Notes: a model not told the origin generated them from the sequence alone. A stretch of 64,000 nucleotides of DNA from Chthoniobacteraceae bacterium (GCA_031409335.1 JANNWY010000193.1:32001-96000), one strand, 5' to 3'; positions 21,907 to 29,414 are shown, numbered from the stretch's first letter. Translations and numbers: made by a program.

Positions 21907-21923
21907 ACTTGTATAATACAAGT
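21907..21923. promoter_or_regulatory. palindromic operator overlapping -10 elements of the divergent switch
   Basis: ACTTGTAT-A-ATACAAGT. Contains TATAAT (+) and TATTAT (-); the latter lies 7 nt before the repressor ATG. Confidence 0.65.
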
Positions 21924-21986
21924 TTAGTTAGTCACCACAATAACATTCTCGTTGTGATTACTTACAATGCGCGCCCATTAGTCGTC

Positions 21987-22175
21987 ATGCCAACTAAACA
22001 ATACAGCAACATCGAGCAGCTATCCGAGAAGACCGGCATAGCGAAACGCACTATTCGTTCCCTCTATCAGCAGCGCAAAATCAGCGGGATAAAAGCCGGG
22101 CACCGCACCCTGCTCTTCGATGCGGAAAAGGTCTGCGCCGAACTCGCAAGGTTCGAGGTAAAGGCCGTCCAGTAA
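21987..22175 (+). CDS. excisionase / AlpA-like HTH DNA-binding protein
   Basis: 62 aa: NIEQLSEKTGIAKRTIRSLYQQRKISGIKAGHRTLLFD. TAATG-coupled to the next ORF. Confidence 0.8.
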   Translation: MPTKQYSNIEQLSEKTGIAKRTIRSLYQQRKISGIKAGHRTLLFDAEKVCAELARFEVKAVQ

Positions 22176-22375
22176 TGCGCGCCATAATTAAACCCGTCAT
22201 CCCAAAGATTGCCCACGAGCGCGGATACGTGCCAGTAACCGTCCCTTACCGCCCAAATGAGCGGGACGCCCTACGCAGGGCATTGGAAGGCATGAAGGGC
22301 GTGCGTTACCTCTGCGTCGAGTCAACCAAAGGCCGGGGAATCTCCATTTGGCGTTTAGCCAGTGAAGTGAAGTAA
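22175..22375 (+). CDS. hypothetical satellite protein
   Basis: 66 aa; start overlaps the upstream stop (TAATG). Confidence 0.6.
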   Translation: MRAIIKPVIPKIAHERGYVPVTVPYRPNERDALRRALEGMKGVRYLCVESTKGRGISIWRLASEVK

Positions 22376-22421
22376 CCGCAGAACAGAAAGCCGCTTCGCA
22401 TCTATCACGGATTTTTAAGTC

Positions 22422-23258
22422 ATGAATTACACAAAACTTTTCGCATCCATCATCACGTCAACCATCTGGACGGAAGATGACACGACGCGAATCGTGTGGA
22501 TCACAATGCTCGCCAGCGCCAGTAAGGATGGGGAGGTAATGGCGAGCGTCCCGGGACTGGCACGGATAGCCGGGGTATCAATGCAAGCGTGCGAGGCCGC
22601 ACTGAATAAATTCCTATCGCCGGACCCACACTCAAGAACGAAAGACGATGAGGGTCGAAGGATCGAGGTAATTGACGGCGGTTGGCAACTGCTGAATCAC
22701 AAGAAATACCGCGAGATGGCCAGCAAGGAGGAATCCAGAGAGGCGGAAGCGAATCGCAAAGCTCGCTACAGGGCGAAGCTAGCCAGAAACGGAAAGTCCG
22801 GGATGTCCCACAATGTCCCGGACATGTCACATGAAGTCCCAAAAAACCGGCACATAGCAGAAGAAGATACAGAAGAAAAAGCAGCAGCAGCAGCGATCGA
22901 CCTTTTCTCCGATCCCGAAAGCCCCAGCTCGGAAAACGACTTCGTGCAATCATGGAACGCACTCCCAGAGCCGTTCGCCAAAATCCAAGAAATGACCGAA
23001 GATATGGGAACTAAACTCAAGGCGAGGATGGCAGATAGGTTCTGGCGTGAGAATTGGCGAACAGCCGTGAAACAAATCCCGCAAAGTCCGTTCATGCGAG
23101 GGGAGGGCGAAAATGGATGGGTTGCAAGCGCGGACTGGTTTCTTAAACCCGATTCCGTGGATAAAAGCATTGAGGGTAAATACCGCAACGGCGCAGGACG
23201 ATCAAAAGCCCGCCCCAAGCCACTGCCAAGCGCAGCGGACGCCAGAAAGGGGCGGTAA
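22422..23258 (+). CDS. phage-type replication initiator (replisome organizer-like)
   Basis: N-terminal YTKLFASIITSTIW...VWITML...LARIAGVS HTH; C-terminal SPFMRGEGENGWVASADWFLKPDSVDKSIEGKY resembles phage Rep C-termini; internal repeats. Confidence 0.75.
   Translation: MNYTKLFASIITSTIWTEDDTTRIVWITMLASASKDGEVMASVPGLARIAGVSMQACEAALNKFLSPDPHSRTKDDEGRRIEVIDGGWQLLNHKKYREMASKEESREAEANRKARYRAKLARNGKSGMSHNVPDMSHEVPKNRHIAEEDTEEKAAAAAIDLFSDPESPSSENDFVQSWNALPEPFAKIQEMTEDMGTKLKARMADRFWRENWRTAVKQIPQSPFMRGEGENGWVASADWFLKPDSVDKSIEGKYRNGAGRSKARPKPLPSAADARKGR
22794..22840 (+). repeat. iteron-like repeats (putative ori) inside the rep gene
   Basis: AAGTCCG, ATGTCCC, ATGTCCC, ATGTCAC, AAGTCCC at 9-11 bp spacing, followed by an A-rich tract. 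Confidence 0.6.
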
Positions 23259-23542
23259 TGAAAAGAGCCATGCCCCGACCCACTAAAAAGCAGCTTGCTG
23301 AGTTATTGGATGAGCCCACCCACGAAGGCGTCACGTTACGCCAGCGACTTGAGCAAACGGAAGCCATCCTGAACGCGACTGACTCACGCGGAAGGCTGTG
23401 CGTCACGCGCTCTCAAATCTCCACTTTGCTCATCGGCCTTCGATCCTACGCCGGGAGGCATCCACTGTCAGACGCGATGATTGCGAGGCTAAAAGCCACC
23501 AATGGCCTAGCAGCCAGTCACTTAGTTCAAAGAAGATACTGA
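23258..23542 (+). CDS. hypothetical satellite protein
   Basis: 94 aa, TAATG-coupled to rep. Confidence 0.6.
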   Translation: MKRAMPRPTKKQLAELLDEPTHEGVTLRQRLEQTEAILNATDSRGRLCVTRSQISTLLIGLRSYAGRHPLSDAMIARLKATNGLAASHLVQRRY

Positions 23543-23626
23543 CATATATGTAAGCCGCTCCTGCCGTTACGGTTATTCTCCCGGCGGGAGAAATTCCATT
23601 CACTCACGAACTCATCACCCACTACC

Positions 23627-23983
23627 ATGAAAAAAAGCAGACTCGATCAAATCGTCGGTCCCGAACACTTAACCGAAGACCAAGCGCGGGCGGTAGGTAA
23701 TGCCGTCGTCCGCTTCTTCTATGCTGAATACGAAGCATTCGGACCACGCATCAAAGCCGCTGCCACCGCGCAAGATCGCGATGCGATGGCCGCTCTTCGC
23801 TTAGAGGCAAAGGGGAACACGGCTTACCTTTGCAACTGGAATGCCAGAACTAAAGCGAAGTCGGAAAAGCTGGAACTCCTCGAAAAGTATTGGGGCGACA
23901 CCGCCGATAGCTTGACCGAAGCACTTACGCGAGACTTACCACCAAAGGAAGATTCTGAGGGCGGGGAATGGAAGCAATACTAA
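23627..23983 (+). CDS. hypothetical satellite protein
   Basis: 118 aa, ATG start after a C/A-rich leader, same strand as neighbours. Confidence 0.65.
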   Translation: MKKSRLDQIVGPEHLTEDQARAVGNAVVRFFYAEYEAFGPRIKAAATAQDRDAMAALRLEAKGNTAYLCNWNARTKAKSEKLELLEKYWGDTADSLTEALTRDLPPKEDSEGGEWKQY

Positions 23984-24013
23984 CTTGACAAGTTAAAAGC
24001 TCTGCCATTTACT
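23981..24013 (+). promoter_or_regulatory. putative capsid-operon promoter with palindrome over -35
   Basis: TAACTTG-A-CAAGTTA contains a perfect TTGACA (23985-23990); weak -10 TTTACT 17 bp downstream. Confidence 0.5.
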
Positions 24014-24145
24014 CGCATTCAGACAGACGAACCTTCCGTGCCTTATGGGTGCCGTTGGTTTGAAAGTTCGGCAAGCCTCACGCTCGTTGCGCATTCGCGC
24101 TGCCAGCCGCGCCAAAGAGGCAGAAAAGTGCGGCGGCTCTCTCAT

Positions 24146-24176
24146 CCCGGTAGCGGACTACCGGGCACCCTTTCTT
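24146..24176 (+). terminator. strong hairpin, possible terminator/attenuator before the capsid gene
   Basis: CCCGGTAG-CGGA-CTACCGGG followed by CACCCTTTCTT. Confidence 0.45.
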
Positions 24177-24210
24177 GCTCCCGCAAATCAAGCTCCTACT
24201 GAGTAAATTC

Positions 24211-26013
24211 ATGCCTATTCGCACCCTAAAGATACCAGCAACCCTCTACCGCTCGGCGACGATCGAGAGCAAAAAGGGGAAGCTCTCCATGAGCATTTCC
24301 AGTGATGCCCCCTGCCTTCGCGATGACTGGACCGGCGAAAGATATTGGGAAGTTTTAGACCATAGCCCCGGCGGATTCGCCGATACCCGCCTTCGCACTG
24401 GCTTGCCACTCCTGTTTAATCATAACAGGGACCAACATCTAGGACGCGCGAAGGGTTTTCAATGTGACGGCCACAAAATAACTGTCACGGCCCACGTCTG
24501 GAATCGCAGTGCCTTCGCACAGGGAAAGAAGGCGGACATGGAGGCTGGGAGCCTCGTGGACACCTCCATTGGCTACACGATCTTGGACGAGGGAAAGCAA
24601 ATCGGAAGGAAGGATGGACACCCAATCTATCGGTTCAAGTGGGAGCCGCATGAGCACAGCCTTGTAACCGTTCCCGCGGATAGCTCGGTCGGAGTAGGCA
24701 GAAGCCACAATCCCGCCGAGTTCATCGAAATTTCAATTCAAGATAACCAAAACCAAAACCAAATAGATACCAACTATATGCCAGCACCTACAACACAAAC
24801 CCGAGAGAGAATGAGTCACGAACAGCTTCTTGAGCATCAAAATAAGATGCGCCAAACGGTCGCCGGAATCTCGAATCCCCAGTGGCGGGAGCAAGCGTCG
24901 GGATTTATAGACGAGGCAATTCTTAACCAGCAAACCTTCGGCGAGTTTATCGTGCGTTGTCGGGATAGCTTCAAGACCTCCAGCGTGGCGATCGACTGCG
25001 ATACTTACGGATCAAGGGACTTCTTTGAAGCCCGGAACGGCAGTCGGCGTTCAATCGGCGAGCAAATCGCGCGGCATCCCGATATGCTCCAGTTTAGCAA
25101 AGGCGGGAAGCGGGCGGTCGCGTTCGATTTGAAAAACGTCCGTGCGTTCAACGAACTCCGCCAGCGCTCCACAACTACCACGACAAACGCTGGCGTTGTC
25201 ACTGAACAAATGCCCGGCATTCAAGGGATGGCGTTTGAAACACTGACAGTCGCCGACTTGCTCATGCCGGGAGTGACTAGCGGCGGGGCTGTGTCGTTTG
25301 CGAGGGAGGACAGCTTCACAAGTGAAGCGACCACAGCGGGCGAAGCATCACTAGCCACTGAGCAGACGTTCTCTATCTCGCCAGACACGGCCCCGGTAAA
25401 GAAGGTCAGCGCGTGGACCAAGATAAGCGATGAGCTGTTGGCCGACAGCCCGGCCTGCGCGGATCAAATCGGAAACCGCTTAGGGTTTGCTGTGAACAAG
25501 GCTAGCGACCTCCAACTGTTGTCAGGTGATGGCATGGGAACCAATATCAAGGGGATTCTCACAACCGCTGGCATCCAGACGGTTCACAAAGGAGCAGAGT
25601 CCGCGCTTGATACCATCAGGCTTGGGATTGGCGCTATTGATAGCAATTCCGATTACCGCGCAACCGGCCTTGTCATTCATCCAACGCAGTGGACAACGCT
25701 TTCTTTAATCAAGGACACGACGGGCCGATATATCGTTGGACAGGTGTTAATGCCAAACGAGTTCGGGATCATTCTTCGCATTCCTACACTTTGGGGCCTG
25801 CCTGTCTCCGTGTCCAAATCAATGGCTACAACTTCGGTGCTGGTAGTCAGCCGCGATGCCGGGTCCGTATTCCGCAGGCAGGGGTTGAGCGTGGAAGCGA
25901 GTAACAGCAACGAGAACGACTTCCTCAAGGGCTTGATTACCATTCGCGCCACTGAGCGCCTAGCCCTTGCCATCTACAACGCAACCGGGTTCTGTGAAGT
26001 CACCGGCCTGTAG
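24211..26013 (+). CDS. fused HK97-family prohead protease and major capsid protein
   Basis: Protease part: LPLLFNH, TSIGY, EHSLVTVPADSSVGVGRS. Capsid part: KKVSAWTKISDELLADS, QLLSGDG, VIHP..W..L..IKDTTGRYI, LWGLPV, NDFLKGLITIRATERL. Confidence 0.9.
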   Translation: MPIRTLKIPATLYRSATIESKKGKLSMSISSDAPCLRDDWTGERYWEVLDHSPGGFADTRLRTGLPLLFNHNRDQHLGRAKGFQCDGHKITVTAHVWNRSAFAQGKKADMEAGSLVDTSIGYTILDEGKQIGRKDGHPIYRFKWEPHEHSLVTVPADSSVGVGRSHNPAEFIEISIQDNQNQNQIDTNYMPAPTTQTRERMSHEQLLEHQNKMRQTVAGISNPQWREQASGFIDEAILNQQTFGEFIVRCRDSFKTSSVAIDCDTYGSRDFFEARNGSRRSIGEQIARHPDMLQFSKGGKRAVAFDLKNVRAFNELRQRSTTTTTNAGVVTEQMPGIQGMAFETLTVADLLMPGVTSGGAVSFAREDSFTSEATTAGEASLATEQTFSISPDTAPVKKVSAWTKISDELLADSPACADQIGNRLGFAVNKASDLQLLSGDGMGTNIKGILTTAGIQTVHKGAESALDTIRLGIGAIDSNSDYRATGLVIHPTQWTTLSLIKDTTGRYIVGQVLMPNEFGIILRIPTLWGLPVSVSKSMATTSVLVVSRDAGSVFRRQGLSVEASNSNENDFLKGLITIRATERLALAIYNATGFCEVTGL

Positions 26014-26113
26014 CTTGTCCTAGGCTTTGCTCGCGCCGTTTCATCGCGAGCTTGCACCGACCGCTGGCGGTGGGGTTTACCAGCGGGCTCCCCTTCCTCG
26101 CGGATTAGGGAGC

Positions 26114-26161
26114 GGGTCCTTCCCAAAGGTGAGGGCATTAGCAGGTTCCTCGGGTGCCCTC
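26114..26161 (+). other. putative lambda-type cos packaging site (cosQ-like motif plus dyad)
   Basis: GGGTCCT at 26114-26120 (the lambda cosQ heptamer), followed by dyad GAGGGCA-N17-TGCCCTC, just upstream of the terS-like gene. Confidence 0.55.
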
Positions 26162-26209
26162 TGTCGCCGGTTATCACACTTTCCATAGTGGCAACAGCAC
26201 GTCTTTTCC

Positions 26210-26680
26210 ATGAGCCTCCTATCCATAAACCAGCTTTCCAGCCTCACCGGACACAGCCGCGAACACGTAAAACGCTCGCTGTCGGACCTGCCATTTACCG
26301 AGGGCGCGAAGGGTGCGCACCTATACGATGCAACCCGCGTCCTAACTCTCAGGCTTAACGCTCACGGCCAGCTACTTGCCACCGAGCAGGAAAGCAGACG
26401 CAGTTTGAACGAGGCTAAAAAGCGCGTCCTTGAGTTGCAGGAGCAGTCGCTTAGGAAAGAGCGAATTCCGCTCAGTGTAGTGCAGAGAATCAATTCCCGC
26501 GTCTTGGATACAGTCGCCCACATATTAAAATCCCGGCGCGGTAAAGTTCTGGATGAGCACACCATGAAGGACCTATTCCACGAGCTATCCGCCGCCGGGG
26601 ATGGGGTAGATGGCTTTGTGAATCCGCCCGCCTCCATGCCTCCCACTAAGCCAAAGAGTAAGCCACGCCGAAAGAAATGA
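26210..26680 (+). CDS. small terminase / packaging-redirection protein (Nu1/DUF1441/Rpp-like)
   Basis: LLSINQLSSLTGHSREHVKRSL...GAKGAHLY winged HTH, then coiled coil ESRRSLNEAKKRVLELQ...ERIPL. Confidence 0.7.
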   Translation: MSLLSINQLSSLTGHSREHVKRSLSDLPFTEGAKGAHLYDATRVLTLRLNAHGQLLATEQESRRSLNEAKKRVLELQEQSLRKERIPLSVVQRINSRVLDTVAHILKSRRGKVLDEHTMKDLFHELSAAGDGVDGFVNPPASMPPTKPKSKPRRKK

Positions 26681-26862
26681 GCCCGAAAGACGACCGCCGC
26701 TGCGAGCGCCTGCTCCTAAAGATGTTCGCGGAAGTCATCCGCGAAATCTTCAAAACGCCGATTCAGTGGGATTCCGAGCCATCCATTGCCAGCGCCGTTA
26801 AGCGCAGCGCACCGCCACGGCTCACGAAAGGCAAATCCAAGGGGATGGGTGCGCCCCGGTAG
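26677..26862 (+). CDS. small basic hypothetical protein
   Basis: 61 aa; ATGA overlap with the terS-like gene. Confidence 0.4.
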   Translation: MSPKDDRRCERLLLKMFAEVIREIFKTPIQWDSEPSIASAVKRSAPPRLTKGKSKGMGAPR

Positions 26863-26937
26863 CAATCAAGGGCCGTGGCGGGCATCCTCGCGCAAAGCGA
26901 TCATCTCAGTTCGCCCGTATTGGAGCCATGCCAGCCT

Positions 26938-27270
26938 TCACCTTGGCGGGCATTGGAAACATTCCATCACCTTGCGAAACAGCGGCAGCCTTCGCGCCGT
27001 CGAAACCACTCCGCGCCGGGCACCGATGAACTCCCGGCGAATCACGTAGAGATGATCGCACCGAACCGCCGTTGCGTTGTCCAAACCGTCTGCTTTATCC
27101 AACACGAAATGGATCGCCTTCGGTTGGAAATTCGGGCGCACCGAGCGGCAGAAAAGCCCGTTCACTTCCGCAAAGTCCGCATTCTCAGCGCGGGCGGGAT
27201 TCGAGAGAATCAGAACGGGGTGACTTCCTTCCTTCTCGAAAGGGTAGTCATAGATTTCCCATTGCCTCAC
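26938..27270 (-). CDS. PemK/MazF family toxin
   Basis: MRQWEIYDYPF...HPVLILSN...GLDNATAVRCDHLYVI...RRGVV. GTG start overlaps the upstream stop (GTGA). Confidence 0.8.
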   Translation of the reverse strand: MRQWEIYDYPFEKEGSHPVLILSNPARAENADFAEVNGLFCRSVRPNFQPKAIHFVLDKADGLDNATAVRCDHLYVIRREFIGARRGVVSTARRLPLFRKVMECFQCPPR

Positions 27271-27443
27271 CGAGCGTGCTGGCGGCATACCGCCTCACCG
27301 ATGCGGTTCGCTTCCTCGATGTCCTCCGCGTCATACCGCAGCGGTGAATGAGTCGCGCCCGCTCCACGAAGCATCCGCACCGGAAGAGCGGGTTTCTTTC
27401 GCGCGAGCTTTTTGGGGGATAGTTTCGCAACGGTGGTTTTCAT
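27267..27443 (-). CDS. putative antitoxin
   Basis: 58 aa, basic N-terminus and acidic C-terminus; coupled to both neighbours and directly upstream of the toxin. Confidence 0.55.
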   Translation of the reverse strand: MKTTVAKLSPKKLARKKPALPVRMLRGAGATHSPLRYDAEDIEEANRIGEAVCRQHAR

Positions 27444-28039
27444 CACACGGGAACAGACCACAGGGCGTGCTGACGCGCAATCAAATCGAACTCGGCGAGA
27501 TGCTGCGGCTTGAACTTCAAAAGTCCGTCCACACGTCCCGCCCGGTATGAGCGGCCCCGCCGATGGATCATCAAGCCCTCGCCTCCTTTCGACACAACAC
27601 GCTCCAACATCTGCGGGAGTGAATCCATCGACGGCAAAACTTCCATCGGCACCACTTCCGCGAATTCGCCTAGATCAAGCCGCATCATTGCCGCATGTCG
27701 CAACGCGAAATCTCCCGCCACAGTCGGCGCATCAAAGATCATCAAACGCAGTGAACGCCAGTTTCCGGCCTTGCTCGCGACCGCACGGGAGACTTCATCC
27801 CGCGCGCCACGGCCCGCCCACAGCTCGCAATCGAGAATTCGGCGGGGAAGCCCCTCGGTGAACCAATCAGGGGCATTCACGGCCTTGCCAGATCGCAGGA
27901 AAAGCCGCGTGCCAGTCCACCGAACGCGCCAGCCATCTAGCTTTTCCACGACGTAGGAGCCGGAAAGATCGCCGTCGTTTCGGTCGAAATCGAAACCGTG
28001 CATCAACTTGTTAATGGACCTTAACATTTGTCCTGGCAT
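27443..28039 (-). CDS. ATP-dependent ligase adenylation (nucleotidyltransferase) domain lacking the OB domain
   Basis: Motifs I EKLDGWR, III LDCELW, IIIa IFD, IV EGLM, V LLKFKP; ORF ends 20 aa after motif V. Confidence 0.85.
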   Translation of the reverse strand: MPGQMLRSINKLMHGFDFDRNDGDLSGSYVVEKLDGWRVRWTGTRLFLRSGKAVNAPDWFTEGLPRRILDCELWAGRGARDEVSRAVASKAGNWRSLRLMIFDAPTVAGDFALRHAAMMRLDLGEFAEVVPMEVLPSMDSLPQMLERVVSKGGEGLMIHRRGRSYRAGRVDGLLKFKPQHLAEFDLIARQHALWSVPV

Positions 28040-28053
28040 CGCTATTTACCGAG

Positions 28054-29196
28054 TCACGCGGCGCGGGAAATCGAGACAACCTTTCCGTCCCGCGCTGGCG
28101 CGATCTTCCAAAAAGCTGCCGCGTCTTTCGGGCGAACAAGTTCGCGATAATGACGGAAGACAATCGAAGGGCTGTTGCCCATCTCCAAAGCGAGCCGTGC
28201 CGTGTCTCCAATGACGGGCAGGCGATATGATCCAAAACTGTGACGCAGCGCGTTCTGTGGCCAGTTCTCGCGCATCCCGGCCCGGTCCCTGTCCGCCTCA
28301 AGTTTCTTCCGCGCTCCAATCGGGAGAACGGGGCCGGATGCCTTCGCGTGTGCCATCAGCCATTCCCGCAGGTTGTCGGAAATTGGAATCAGTCGGCGGC
28401 TTCCCGTCTTCGCCTTCGCGGCCTTCACTTCGATCAAGCCCGCTTCCAAATCGACTTCCGCCCAATCGAGCCTTTCGAGTTCTGCGGATCGTAGGCCGGC
28501 AAATGCACCGATGGACCAATACGGCAGAGTTTCCGCGCTCGCCGATTCGAGAAGCCGCGCCGTCTGCGCGACCGTCAGAATCCCAATCTCGCCGGATCGC
28601 TCCTTTGCCCGCTCCACGTCCTCAATCGGATTGCGCTCGGCGTAACCCTGTCGCCGGGCAAAGCTGAAAAGCGTTCCGAGACGGCTGCGCGTCGTGTAGC
28701 GGGAAACCGCTCCAACGGAGAGCCCGCGAAGCCAGTCATGAACTTCTTTCGCTGTGATGTCCGCCACCATGCGCTCGCCAAACGTCCGCGCGAACGCATC
28801 GAACTTTAGCCGGATGTCCCGCAGATAGTCCGCGCTCGCACCATCGGCCTTGCGAGTCGCCAGCACTTCCGCCGCAACGTCGGAAAACGAGCGGCTTCCC
28901 GTCACCCGTCGCAAGTGCGCCGCGAAAAACTCCGCCGCATCCAAAATCGTTTTGCCAAACGGTGCCACGATCGCATCGGCCTTTTTTGCCAGAACGCGCA
29001 ACTCGGTTGGAAATTCCGCGCCCTCCGTTCCCTGATTGATCGTCTCAATCGTCTTTTGTTGAGCGAACGTCTCTGCCTCCTTTTTCGTTCCGAAAAACCG
29101 CCGGGCTCGTTTCCCGTCATCCTTGAAATTGACGACGAACTTGAGCAAGGGCCGGTTGGAATCGGCGTATGAGCGAATCTTGAATTGGGTTCTCAT
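28054..29196 (-). CDS. tyrosine recombinase / phage integrase
   Basis: AGLRSAE, KAKT, NALRHSFGSY, EMGNS, RHY; adjacent to the target tRNA. Alternative start at 29223. Confidence 0.93.
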   Translation of the reverse strand: MRTQFKIRSYADSNRPLLKFVVNFKDDGKRARRFFGTKKEAETFAQQKTIETINQGTEGAEFPTELRVLAKKADAIVAPFGKTILDAAEFFAAHLRRVTGSRSFSDVAAEVLATRKADGASADYLRDIRLKFDAFARTFGERMVADITAKEVHDWLRGLSVGAVSRYTTRSRLGTLFSFARRQGYAERNPIEDVERAKERSGEIGILTVAQTARLLESASAETLPYWSIGAFAGLRSAELERLDWAEVDLEAGLIEVKAAKAKTGSRRLIPISDNLREWLMAHAKASGPVLPIGARKKLEADRDRAGMRENWPQNALRHSFGSYRLPVIGDTARLALEMGNSPSIVFRHYRELVRPKDAAAFWKIAPARDGKVVSISRAA

Positions 29197-29204
29197 GTGG
29201 CGAC

Positions 29205-29224
29205 CGTTGCCATCTGTTGCCATT
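29205..29224 (+). promoter_or_regulatory. putative integrase arm-type sites (right end)
   Basis: CGTTGCCATC-TGTTGCCATT, same consensus and orientation as 21020-21041. Confidence 0.65.
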
Positions 29225-29339
29225 TTTTCAACGAAAAACGCGCAAAAATGAGGATTTACCCGTCAGCATGAGTCACAGCGTTTTTTACCTCCAATCGCCC
29301 GCGCCCCCTGTATTTATGCGGTTTCCAGAGTAATTGAGA

Positions 29340-29414
29340 TGGTGCGCGGTACAGGGTTCGAACCTGTGACCCCTACCGTGTCAAGGTAATGCTCTACCAC
29401 TGAGCTAACCGCGC
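29340..29414 (-). tRNA. tRNA-Val(GAC)
   Basis: 75-nt cloverleaf GCGCGGTTAGCTCAGTGGTAGAGC...TTGACAC...GGTTCGAACC...ACCA. Confidence 0.97.

Larger units (their letters stand above)
20944..29387. mobile_element. integrated PICI-like phage satellite in tRNA-Val(GAC)
   Basis: 50-bp direct repeats at both ends. Contains integrase, repressor, excisionase, replication initiator, capsid, small terminase-like gene and TA module. Visibly more AT-rich than the flanks. Confidence 0.9.

Noticed and set aside
20944..29387. Complete prophage or canonical cf-PICI
   Set aside because: No portal, large terminase, head-tail connector, tail or lysis genes between the att sites.
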